Below are positions 11,860 through 22,920 of a DNA stretch of 34,708 nucleotides, one piece after another (within the stretch, counting starts at the first letter, position 1; each line of letters opens with the position of its first letter). This DNA is from Octopus bimaculoides. Its lineage: Eukaryota. The notes beneath the pieces were generated by a model. The model saw only the letters and a list, made by a program, of their open reading frames with translations. It ran no database searches and had not been told where the DNA came from. The DNA is taken from positions 108,666,840 through 108,701,547 of the forward strand of contig NC_068982.1 of assembly GCF_001194135.2 (NCBI RefSeq), in the 5' to 3' direction. Made by a program: the position numbers and the translations under genes.

Positions 11860-12962
11860 ACATAACAAGGTGCCACATATCTTTCAATTTCAATGAGCAA
11901 ATCTTTATATTTTCTGAGCTTGTCAAATTCCATTGCCAAGATATTATAATCACAAGGAATACTTATGTCGAGCAATAAACAGACTTTATTGTTTTGGTCT
12001 TTCACAACGATATCCAGTTTATCAACTTTGATTGTTCTGTCTGTATGTACCAGAAAGTCTCAAAGAATTGTTACATTTTCTACCTCAGTTACAGCCTCAG
12101 ATTGGTACTCATATCACTTGCTAACAGTCTTGATTTTATGATGCCAACGTATTAACCAGTGTATATATTAGCCAACTCTGTCATGTCTTGATTTATACTC
12201 TACTGCTGCTAAAATTTTACATCCAGAGATTAGGTGGTCCACTGTTTCAATCTCATCATTGCAGAATTGGCACTTTGGATCTACTCCATTTTTCATCACA
12301 TTGGCTTAGTAGTTCCAGGTCAGCAAGTTTTGGTCTTGAGCAGCTAAGATGATGCCTTTGCTTTCTGCTTTTGGCCCTGAACTCTTTAGCTACTGATACA
12401 TGTGCTTCTGGTCAATATCAGATTGTTTGCTATGGGTCACATATTCGCCATGCAGAGGTTTCTGTTCTCACCTATCAACCAATTGTTCATTCACTTTTTT
12501 CCTCGCCATTAATTTCACCTTCTTTGTAATATTAGTTACTGCATTTCCCTCTTGCCATTGTTTTATGATAGTATTTTGTAGTTCCAGTTTTAGCTTAAAT
12601 TTTACTTGCTTTACAGCTTTTGTTGTTTTTCCTTTTTACTTTACTCATGCTTTGAGATTACTTGTAGTAGTTTTCCTTGGTTCTGAAAAAGATATCTCTG
12701 TAGTCTTATGATGAATATTTATAGTAATTTTTTAGTTATATAGGGCCTCTACCACCTTCAGTTTGTTGTATATATAACCTTTCTATGTCAGATTTTGGGT
12801 GGTGTATTCTAAATTCCATCATTATTTTTCTTGTTTTCCTGCCTAGTTTGACTAATTCACTTAGTGTCCAAATATCGTAACTGTAACTTATAACTGGGAC
12901 AGTGAGAGTGTTGATACCTATTATCTTGTTTTTTTGTTTTTGCATTGAGCTCTGTTTTACCC
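11860..12962 (-). mobile_element. Second RLE-type LINE family, 3' part (late RT, CCHC knuckle, RLE)
   Basis: NKIIGINTLTVPVISYS..HHPKSDIERLY..EGGRG; PKCQFCNDEIETVDHLISGC; KLDIVVKDQNNKVCLLLDISIPCDYN..KLRKYKDL. Confidence 0.85.
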
Positions 12963-13054
12963 TTATTAGATGGATAGTCATCATGATGGGTATATTGGGT
13001 TTCATATATTTGTACCCCAGTGTTACTTTGATGGCATGTACTGCTCTCTCACTC

Positions 13055-13084
13055 AATAATAATAATAATAATAATAATAATAAT
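13055..13084. repeat. (AAT)n microsatellite
   Basis: Direct reading. Confidence 0.95.
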
Positions 13085-13124
13085 TGAGTTCATGCATGAT
13101 ACCCAGGCTGAACAGGAGGAGGGA

Positions 13125-13442
13125 AGTGCAGTAACCGGTATTGCAAAGAAGGTGAAATTAATAGCAAGGAAAAAAAGTACATGAACAACTGGCTTATAGG
13201 CAGGAGCAAAAATCTCTACATGGCAAATATGTGGCCCATAGTAAACAAGCTGATGTTGACCAGAAGCATACATGTAAGTGGCTACAGAGCTCAGGGCCAA
13301 AGGCAGAGAGCAAAGGCATCATTTTAGCTGCTCAAGATCAAAGCCTACTGACCTGGAAATGCCAAGTCAATGTGATGAAAAATGTAGTATTTCCAAAGTG
13401 CCAATTCTGCAATGATGAGATTGAAACAGTGGACCACCTTTT
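13125..13442 (+). mobile_element. Inverted paralogous fragment of the same LINE family (zinc-knuckle region)
   Basis: ORF 13231..13467 SSGPKAESKGIILAAQDQSLLT..PKCQFCNDEIETVDHL; inverted, diverged match to ~12232-12560. Confidence 0.85.
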
Positions 13443-13525
13443 AAGTACTAATCTAATTTGTCTATAATATTTATTCCTAATCTTATCTTTCATTTGTACA
13501 TGTACCAATGTTGTTATCATCATTA
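13443..13525 (-). mobile_element. RT fragment contiguous in the LINE with the piece starting at ~12962
   Basis: MKDKIRNKYYRQIRLVLK, which joins to (K)TELNAKNKIIG. Confidence 0.7.
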
Positions 13526-13774
13526 TTATTCATGGTGAAATCCCCTGAAATGAATCCGTAGCAGTTGCATTTAATGAAATAGTGAGAAATCAAGATGAAC
13601 ATCTGAATGCCTACTGAGTGACATTCATTCTTAAAACAAAAACACCAGGAATGCCAAATGAACTAGGGTCCCATAACTTGCTGGTCAACAATATACAAAG
13701 TCCCTCACATCCATACTCTAAAATAAGCCAGTTATTCACCTTGAGAATAATATTGTATCAGAAGTCACCATAAG

Positions 13775-14088
13775 GTCCAGTCCTTGTTGCTATGTGGTGT
13801 TTTGTGTGCCTCAATGCCCCTGAAAACTATGCCAGTGGAGTGCAAGCTCCTGATAGGGTCTCTCATGCTAGAAAGGTCAAAAGATGGGCAGGTAAGGGAT
13901 ATAGACCACCTCTTCCCAGTCATAAAAACAGGTTTGTGTAGGGTTGACATCCCTACCTGGAAAAAAGTATTGATGACAATTTGAAAACAACTTTCAAGAA
14001 CTGGAAGAGGATACCCCAGAGTCAAGAACAATGGAGAAAAAAATCGTTGATGACCTGTGCTCCTTAGGGACCAAAAGGCTTAGGTAAG
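13775..14088 (+). mobile_element. Short RTE-derived element: 5'UTR joined to 3' end
   Basis: tgtgtgcctcaatg..aactatgccagtggag..gtagggtctctcatgctag resembles RTE 5'UTRs; tggagaaaaaaatcgttgatgacctgtgctcc..aaaggcttaggtaag resembles RTE 3' ends (recalled). Confidence 0.5.
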
Positions 14089-14565
14089 AAGAGCAGAAAG
14101 CATACTGGATAGGAATGTTTGGCTGTAAAGAGCAGTTACTGAAAAATTGTGCTATTTGTTTTGGGATGATCTGAGTGTGTGGTGTTGATAAGTCACAATA
14201 ATGGTGAAATATCAGTATCTATCACTCTCAGATTCATTCTCATGCAAGTTGTCTTGCCTGGTCTGTGACATTCAGGTGTTCTTTGACACTTGACATTGTG
14301 TAGGGAGCTTTCCCAGATGCTATCTTGCTGCAAATTTGGCATATAAACAAAACACATACACTGCATATGTATGATCAGTAATATATATAGTATGTTGTAT
14401 GAATGTAAGTATGTATATACAGAGAGATAAATAAGATAGATAGATAAAGAGAGAGTTCGAGAGTAAGTATATCACAGAACATGTCTGATATATTTCATGT
14501 TGTATATTGCGCAAATTATCAAGCAATCAGAAAAAAGAAGAAGAGAAAAACTAATAATTCCTTAC

Positions 14566-15016
14566 TAGCAGTCGTAGTTGTTAAATGTGTTGTATATTCT
14601 TCAGATGTGTTCATTGATGGTGCTTGTGTGTCAAACTGTGTTACATTCTCAGTGTCACTGGTTGATGTTGTTTCGAAAGAAGTGTTGGTTAGTATTTCTC
14701 CAGTTGGGCTAATTAACATTGTATTCCGAGATGCACTGAAGGGAGTTGTTATTTCAGATGCATTGAGTTTTGTTCCATTCTCAAGTGCTGAAGTATAAGA
14801 TGCAGTTGAAGATACTAAGTTTCCTTGTGCATTAAATGGTTGTGCACTTTTAGGTATATCTGTTGCTTGTGATGCTCCTGCTGCATTCTTTTTTACCGTG
14901 ATTTCCTTTATAACTTGCATTGCCTTTGTTTGGCCTGCCTTTGGTTCTGTCATGAAATCATTGATTTTACTAATGTGATGATTTGGTGAGACAGAAAAAG
15001 ATGCTGGCTGACCATG
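14566..15016 (-). CDS. Ser/Thr-rich mucin-like exon, 451 nt, phase 0-1
   Basis: Acceptor tttttttgttttAG at 15018-15017; stop-free HGQPASFSVSPNHHISKINDFMTEPK...TTHLTTTTA; donor A|GTAAGG at 14565; five N-X-S/T sequons (NGT, NAS, NTS, NVT, NTS). Confidence 0.9.
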
Positions 15017-16978
15017 CTAAAACAAAAAAAAAAAACAAATGGAAATTAATATAAGAAAACATATGAAAAGCTTTTAGTTTTGGTTATTCATTTTTAATGC
15101 AAGAGAAAAAAATCATTTTGCCAGGAGTCCATTCTTTTTCTTTTCTGTTTGTGAAATGGAAGGAATGAAATATATAATCTTTATGCATCTATTTAGTTCA
15201 ATTTTCTTTTCAACTAAAGAGTCCGTATTATTCATATATAACTACTATTCTCATCTCGCTGGATCCCTTCAGTTCAGAGTAACCAAGGATCTGGGGCTCA
15301 GTTAATTACTCTCCGTTACATTAAGGAGGAAGCGGGAATATAGAAAAAGTGTATATTGAAAGCATTTCACTTGGAGGAAGACAATACAATTGTGTAACAA
15401 AATATTGATAAGAAGTCCTCCAAATTACATTTCATAATTTTTCATTAATATATTTTTTAAAAATTTGTTATTCTTTCTATTTTTCCGCATGAACAAAGAG
15501 TGGGTAAAACAGAAAGTTAAGAAAAAATATGTCAAAATTCATGGAGCATGTATTTATTGTTGGGTGCTGTTCTTACATTGTCAGTTAACCTAAAAGGTGT
15601 AACACTTAGAAAATGATTGGTCAACAAACTTGTGATTGATCATTGTATTCCATGTCACTCTGTTACATTTATTCTCCAAAATAACAAAATAAAAATGTTT
15701 TGTTACAGTTGCTCACTTTATACTATGTGCATCTTCATTTTAGAAACAGTACACTGCATCCATACGAGTTGTATGGTCAGTGATATGAAGGGTATCCTAC
15801 CATTAAAAAAAAAACTGCCTCAGAAAACCATCCGATCCATGCCTGAAAGAGTGGACATAAAATGCTTATGAGGAGGGTGACAGCTATGCTTCACTACTAT
15901 GAGATTTTTGTCTGTCCAAATCATTCTTTCTGTAAATATTTTTGTAGTAAATTGTCATTTCTAAATCCAATTACTTGAGTGTGAAATGAGAAGTGTACAT
16001 ATTTTAGCTTAATTGAAACAAGTAGCATAGTTGAATTTTGTTAAGAGTCAGTAATTACATGGCAACTTAGGATTCTTGAATTGGTGGTTCAACACAACTA
16101 AATAACTGTGGGAAACACTGGTGTACAAGAATTATATTTTGGAAACTCTCTTCATCCTCTCTGTCTTGTTAGCAAATATCACCAACCTACAAGAATCCAG
16201 ACCTTTTTTTTCTGTTTTTGTTTAATGACTGAATCAGATGAGGGAGGGCAGGATCATTGCCACTTTGCAGAACCTTGATTGGAAACCTGTCTCAAACGTT
16301 TGCATTACCTCCACCACCAACACCATCACCATCACTATTATCCTCATTTTTGCATTTACCTTTGTATGCTGACATGGGTTAGATAGGTCATTATAAACCA
16401 AAACAGTTCTTTATAAATGCTACTACCCTCTCAGATAGGTTGGGGACTTCATGCTCATATAACTCATTTTTTAATATGTTTTCTATTGCTAGATGTCCTT
16501 CCTATCTTCAACCACTTTATAAAGTATACTGAGTGTATTTTGTAGTGGCAAAGCTGGAAAGTTGTCCCTGCTCTATATTGTGTCTGTTTGCTTGCTTAAC
16601 CACTTAACTGAAGGTACAGGGTGGACTTTATCATGGCACCAGCACTACAGATGTTGTATTGTCCCTGACAAGACTTATAGGCCCCCTCTGCCCTATGTTG
16701 ACTCTGTTCATTTATTGTTCACCAGCACAAATGGATTGTTCAGATGAAGCAAGGAGTAGAGAGAGTGATGAAAGAGGCCCAAAATAAGAGGTTGATAGTT
16801 TAATTGTTCAAAATTTACCTAACCATATACTATTTCTATAAAGAATGGGAAATACAGGGGAATATAAATTATGTTAATTAGTTTTTAATTAATAGGGGGT
16901 GGGGCGATTCTTCAAGCATCCAGTTTCACTAGCATCTCTCAAGATAGGATAGAACTAAAAAATACCATGTTAACTTAC

Positions 16979-17032
16979 CTTTATAAGGAATGAGACCACC
17001 CAAAGAATGGTGTATACTGGAAAAGTCTTCAT
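16979..17032 (-). CDS. First coding exon: signal peptide MKTFPVYTILWVVSFLIK (exon 17035-16979)
   Basis: Acceptor tttttcttacAG at 17037-17036; ATG at 17032; basic residue followed by a hydrophobic core; donor AAG|GTAAGT in phase 0, matching the next exon. Confidence 0.85.
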
Positions 17033-17442
17033 TGACTGTAAGAAAAATAGCAGCAATTTTATAGATAGATAGATAAATAGATAGACAGACAGACAGACAG
17101 ATAGATAGATACATACATACATAGATATGTACGTACATACATATATACATATGTACGTACATACATACACCACACACAAACTCACTCATAATTATAACCA
17201 AGGAGAAGGAAATGAGCAAGTCTTTTTATTACATTGATTTACAATTGTTTCATCAAAAAATGATCTCATGAGCATTACTATATTATCATGCAATAATATA
17301 TGCAACCATTTATACATGAGACATCATGGACACAAAATCAAAGACTGATTCTTTGGAATCACATATAAAAATTATTTGCTGTGGAAACTTGAGTGAACAA
17401 TAATCTATACCTATACTGATTTGGGCATATTTAAATGATTAC

Positions 17443-17489
17443 CTTTACATATTATAATTCAAATCAAACAAAATAAGCCCTGATTTGAG
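17443..17489 (-). other. Candidate 47-nt 5'UTR exon
   Basis: Long polypyrimidine tract ending tgtcAG; donor AAG|GTAATC; stops in all three frames. Confidence 0.55.
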
Positions 17490-17630
17490 CTGACAGGTCA
17501 AGAAGAAGAATGAATTGAAAAAGAAAGAATAAAAGCATAAAAGGAAAGTTTTTGTTTTTAGAGACCTAATTCTTATAGCTGAATCTGTAGGAGAATTAGA
17601 AATGGAATTCCAGTCTGCATAATGACTCAC

Positions 17631-17760
17631 CTTTTAGAAGAGAGTCAGAGTTGTTGGGTGGTGTTTGGAAAAGATAAAAATAATGATGATGAGATGTCTA
17701 GCTGGACTTTCAAAGTACAAGACATGTAGAAATGAATGGGAACAAAGACACCAGGAGTGC
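17631..17760 (-). other. Candidate upstream 5'UTR exon (5' end unknown, shown approximately)
   Basis: Consensus donor AAG|GTGAGT at 17630; no long compatible ORF. Confidence 0.4.
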
Positions 17761-17994
17761 AGATGGGTAGAAGTTGCAAGAGTGTATGTGAGAGAGTGAG
17801 AGATTAGGAATGGATAAGGATGTATGTGAATATAATGAATGAAGAACATGTGTTGAGAGGTGAATGTAGTGAATAGTGAATAAGGGCTAGAGGTGTCCGA
17901 TGACACATAGGGGTGAAGAGCAGCACAATACATACACTGACCAGAACAATACCATACCATACCATCCATCCATACATCCATACATACATACATT

Positions 17995-18175
17995 GTCGTA
18001 TTTCGGGATGGTGGTCATTTTTGTTTTTTTGCCAAAAAAACACACACACTATATATTTGTTCTTCACTCGTTTATTACTGTTCTTTTTTTTTTTTAACTC
18101 ATGTCCATTGTCTGGAAATCTTTTGTCACACATCTGTGACCTCTTCAGTGACACTTTTCGTTTCCATGTGTGCTC
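17995..18175 (-). mobile_element. Isolated tail of the Penelope-like element family at 25530-26680
   Basis: Inverted match to ~26515-26675. Confidence 0.7.
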
Positions 18176-18183
18176 TTGCTCCA

Positions 18184-18855
18184 CTAGCATGCTAGCATGG
18201 GTTGGATGATTTGACTGAGGACTGGTGAACTGGATGGCTGCACCAGGCTCCAATCTGATCTGGTAGAGTTTCTACAGCTGGATGCCCTTCCTAACGCCGA
18301 CCACTCCGAGAGTGTAGTGGGTGCTTTTACATACCACCAGCATGAGGGCTAGTCACACGGTACTGGCAATGGCCACGCTCAAAATGGTGTTTTTTATGTG
18401 CCACTTCCACAGGAGCCAGTCCAGCGGCACTGGCAACGACAAGTGCCAGTAAGGCGACGCTGGTAACAATCACGCTCAAATGGTGCTATTTATGTGCCAC
18501 TAGCACAGAAGCCAGACAGCTGCTCCGGCAATGATCACGCTCGGACGGTGCTGTCAGTGCTCCACTGGCACAGGTGCCAGTCATCGAATATGGTTCAATT
18601 ACGATTTCGATTTCACTTGCCCCAACAGGTCTTCACAAGCAGAGTTTAGTGTCCAATGAAGGAGAGGTTGGCATGGGTGCCAGTCGTTGAATTTGGTTCG
18701 ATTTCGCTTTCAATTTCAATTTCAATTCACTTGCCTCAACAGGTCTTCGCCAGCAGAGTTTAGTGTCCAATGAAGTAAAGATACGAATAAGTGAGCTGGC
18801 AACACTTCTGGCAGAGGCCACAGATTATGCACTCACTTGGCTTGCCGGGTCTTCT
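18184..18855 (-). mobile_element. Non-autonomous retroelement with internal tandem repeats
   Basis: Reverse complement of the 25003-25492 family; ~18590-18670 is duplicated at ~18680-18775. Confidence 0.75.
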
Positions 18856-19282
18856 CATGTACTATGCACATATATATCAGATCATTAGTAATATATTCAA
18901 AAGAAAAGGTGTTTCTCTGTATGTCCTGTTACGCATATCCAGTGATACACATTAACCAGTTATAGCATTTCCCAGAGCAGAGTACATGCTTATGCGGATG
19001 CATGAAGATAAAAATTATTGTCAATGTTATTTGAAATTTTCACAGATCAATCTTACGATCTATTCATACAATTTGATTTGCTTTTGTGATATAAGACATC
19101 TAAAAATATTTATTGCATAGTGTTTACTCTGTTTCTTTAATACTAATAATATTTTGTTTTGGTAAATATGAAGAATCTTTCCCAACAACAAATTAAAAAG
19201 AAAAAGTTTTCTAGGGTAAAATGAATGTGTAGACAACGAAGAACACAATAAAAATGGTGGACCTGGTGCACCCCCTAAACTG

Positions 19283-20078
19283 NNNNNNNNNNNNNNNNNN
19301 NNNNNNNNNNNNNNNNNNNNNNNNNNNNNNNNNNNNNNNNNNNNNNNNNNNNNNNNNNNNNNNNNNNNNNNNNNNNNNNNNNNNNNNNNNNNNNNNNNNN
19401 NNNNNNNNNNNNNNNNNNNNNNNNNNNNNNNNNNNNNNNNNNNNNNNNNNNNNNNNNNNNNNNNNNNNNNNNNNNNNNNNNNNNNNNNNNNNNNNNNNNN
19501 NNNNNNNNNNNNNNNNNNNNNNNNNNNNNNNNNNNNNNNNNNNNNNNNNNNNNNNNNNNNNNNNNNNNNNNNNNNNNNNNNNNNNNNNNNNNNNNNNNNN
19601 NNNNNNNNNNNNNNNNNNNNNNNNNNNNNNNNNNNNNNNNNNNNNNNNNNNNNNNNNNNNNNNNNNNNNNNNNNNNNNNNNNNNNNNNNNNNNNNNNNNN
19701 NNNNNNNNNNNNNNNNNNNNNNNNNNNNNNNNNNNNNNNNNNNNNNNNNNNNNNNNNNNNNNNNNNNNNNNNNNNNNNNNNNNNNNNNNNNNNNNNNNNN
19801 NNNNNNNNNNNNNNNNNNNNNNNNNNNNNNNNNNNNNNNNNNNNNNNNNNNNNNNNNNNNNNNNNNNNNNNNNNNNNNNNNNNNNNNNNNNNNNNNNNNN
19901 NNNNNNNNNNNNNNNNNNNNNNNNNNNNNNNNNNNNNNNNNNNNNNNNNNNNNNNNNNNNNNNNNNNNNNNNNNNNNNNNNNNNNNNNNNNNNNNNNNNN
20001 NNNNNNNNNNNNNNNNNNNNNNNNNNNNNNNNNNNNNNNNNNNNNNNNNNNNNNNNNNNNNNNNNNNNNNNNNNNNNN
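19283..20078. other. Assembly gap (796 N)
   Basis: Direct reading. Confidence 1.
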
Positions 20079-20639
20079 ATCAATCTTACGATCTATTCAT
20101 ACAATTTGATTTGCTTTTGTGATATAAGACATCTAAAAATATTTATTGCATAGTGTTTACTCTGTTTCTTTAATACTAATAATATTTTGTTTTGGTAAAT
20201 ATGAAGAATCTTTCCCAACAACAAATTAAAAAGAAATTCAGAGGCGTGACATCGCACAAGTTCATTTCCATAAATGTTTCTCTTGCACACCCCGCCAAAA
20301 TAAAAAATTTTGAAAACGTGGTTTTTTGCATATTCGGAATCTCCATCATTGAAAACATGGGAATCCGGTGAAAAAAAAATATTGGAAAGGTCAGTTTAGG
20401 TGCAGCAGGAAGTTTTGTCAGTGAACAGGTCGCAGTTTCAGAGCACCAAAAATATTTTGACACAAATTAAATTTAAATGTTGAAGTGAATCTAACAGTTT
20501 TTTGTGTGTTCTTAAATGGCTTACAATCATCTTCCACACTGCAATTGTTGTTTCAGCACATGATCTCAGATCAAGTCACTTGCTATGCAAGTACATCTCC
20601 ATAATTTTCATTTGTGTCAGAATTTTCGTTCCTTGACCA

Positions 20640-21870
20640 GTATCACAGACAAACTTTATCCAGGACAGACACCAGCTGACAGACCAGATTTAACTGACAG
20701 AGTATTTAATATGAAGCTTAGGGATCTCTTGGATGATATTTTGGAGAAGAATGTTTTGGGAGAGGTTGCAGGTTACATGTGGACTATAGAGTTTCAAAAG
20801 TGTGGACTACCCCATTGTCATATGTTGTTCATATTACAAAAAGATCCAGAATATTATGATAAATTTGTTTATGCAGAACTTCCAAATCTGCAAACACAAC
20901 CAATTCTGTTTCAACATGTCACCAAAAACATGCTACATGGTCCATGTAGAAGAGATAAACCCAATGCAACATGTATGGTTGATGGGAAATGTAAAAAACA
21001 TTTCCCTAAAGTCTTTCAAGAAAATACATTACACAGTTATAATGGCTATCCACTTTACCAATGTCGAAATAATGGTTTTACATTTACAAAGTCTAATGTT
21101 GAATTAGATAATTGTTCAGTAGTACCATATTCCCCCTTCTTTTTAGTCAAATATAGAGGTCATTGTAATGTAGAGATATGTGCATCTGTAAAATCAGTTA
21201 AATATATTAGCAAATATATTCATAAAGGTCATGATTGGGTGACAGTCAATATTAGTGGACAAACCAATGCACAACAAACACACAAAGATGAAATTGAAAA
21301 TTATATCAATGGCTGCTATGTATTCTCATCAGAGGCAGTCTGGAGGATTTTAGGGTTCAAATTACATGGTTCACATCCTGCAGTCCAACAGCTTACAGTT
21401 CATTTACCCAAAGAGCAATATATTTACTTTAATGATGATGATGATATTGAACATGTTATTCACACACACGACAGGTCCACTCACACTGAATGGATGCGAG
21501 TTAAATGGAAATCACCAGCTAACTCATTTGCATATACATTACACTATACTGATTTCCCTGAATTTTACACATGGAATAATAGTGAGAAAATGTGACATCT
21601 CAGAAAAAATAATACACACTCAATTGGGCGTATCTACTTTGTTTCACCAAAGGAACAAGAGAAATTCTATCTGAGAGCTTTACTATATCATATTCCCAGA
21701 GCTACATCATTTGAAGATATGAGGACTATTAATGGTGTAGTTTGTCATAGTTACAAAGAGACTGCAATGAAACTGGGTTTAGTACATGATGACCGTGAAT
21801 ACTATCGGACTATGGAGTTTGCAAATGTTTCAGCTACTCCATATCAGATGTGAAGACTTTTCTACTCCGT
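20640..21870 (+). mobile_element. Helitron Rep (HUH endonuclease) fragment; no helicase
   Basis: LYPGQTPADRPDLTDRVF, IEFQKCGLPHCH (HUH motif), MLHGPC, VVPYSP, HCNVEIC..VKYISKYIHKGHD, EAVWRI; reads through TGA at 21593-21595 into IGRIYFVSP..EKFYLRALL..ATSFEDMRTING. Confidence 0.95.
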
Positions 21871-22044
21871 TCTATATGTATACTTATGTATATATGTTAC
21901 ACAAATATATGATACAATGTAAGCATGTTCGAACTAGTATATATGTGTGTGTGTGTGTGCATGTATATTTGTATTGTAAACACACCCATATATATGTGTA
22001 TGTATTTTAAAATATATATATAGATATATATTTCTTGTTAACTA

Positions 22045-22560
22045 AAATTTTAGTCTTTCCTGTTTACTTGGTGACCTCTTGTTTCTAGATTTTGGTCTTC
22101 TCAAAATCTTTAACCAATTCTGTGGTGAGAGCTTGGTTAGATTGGTACAGGAGTTCCCACAGCCATCAGTACATATATGAAGATATATAAAAATATGTGT
22201 ATGTGTGTGTGTGTGTGAGTGGGGGTGTATGTATGTATGCATGTATGTATGTATGTTTGTATGTATGTATGCATTCATTTATGTACTAATGGTTGTTCAG
22301 ATACCTGTACCTAGATGACCAAGCTCTCAATAAAGAGGAACAGAAATCTAGAAATGAGAGGTCACCAGGTACACATACCAAAGGCTATGGATTTAGTTAA
22401 CAGGAAAGATAACCGGAAAAAAGATATGAATCTCCTGCCAACAGGAAAGAGGTCATGCTTCCCAAGCGGAAGAAGAGTAGGTAGAAATTCCATACAGCAT
22501 ACCTCGTATAAACTATGGATGCACAAATGCTGTTGTAGGCTCATAACTGGCTGACAGTGA
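22045..22560. mobile_element. Two decayed RTE fragments in opposite orientation around a (TG)/(TATG) tract
   Basis: Plus-strand GRRVGRNSIQHTSYKLWMHKC parallels the 29931..30224 ORF; the minus-strand piece 22045-22170 covers the preceding RT segment. Confidence 0.6.
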
Positions 22561-22920
22561 AAATTGACTTCATATCTAGCAGACGCACACGAGTATTTTG
22601 TACTCAGAGTACACTTGAAATAAACTTCTTTAAATACTTGGGGTACTCTTTAGTTGTCTTTCTCTCAATCTCTCTCTTTTCTTTTTTCCTCCCTGTCCAA
22701 CTTGCATCTCTGGCTCAATTGAAGAGTTTTAAACAATAGCAGGAGTTCTACAAAAAGACACTCTAGCTCCTTTTCTGTTTGTAATTGGAGTGGACTGCAT
22801 CCTGAGGCAAAGTCCGGAACCCACCGAAGACAAAGGCCTCATTATGAGAACCTAGGTGCACAAACTTTCAGAGTGTTCTTGAAGGAGGAAGAGGAGGAAG
22901 ACATGTCTATATCTATACTA

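Noticed and set aside
14481-14798. Plus-strand 105-aa ORF
   Set aside because: Antisense shadow of the mucin exon; no independent support
19211-20153. Long ORFs of 290 and 299 aa
   Set aside because: They consist almost entirely of N bases
19046-20236. Identical 158-bp direct repeat (19046-19203 and 20079-20236) flanking the large gap
   Set aside because: The second copy starts exactly at the gap edge and is identical; most likely overlapping contig ends, not LTRs or a TSD
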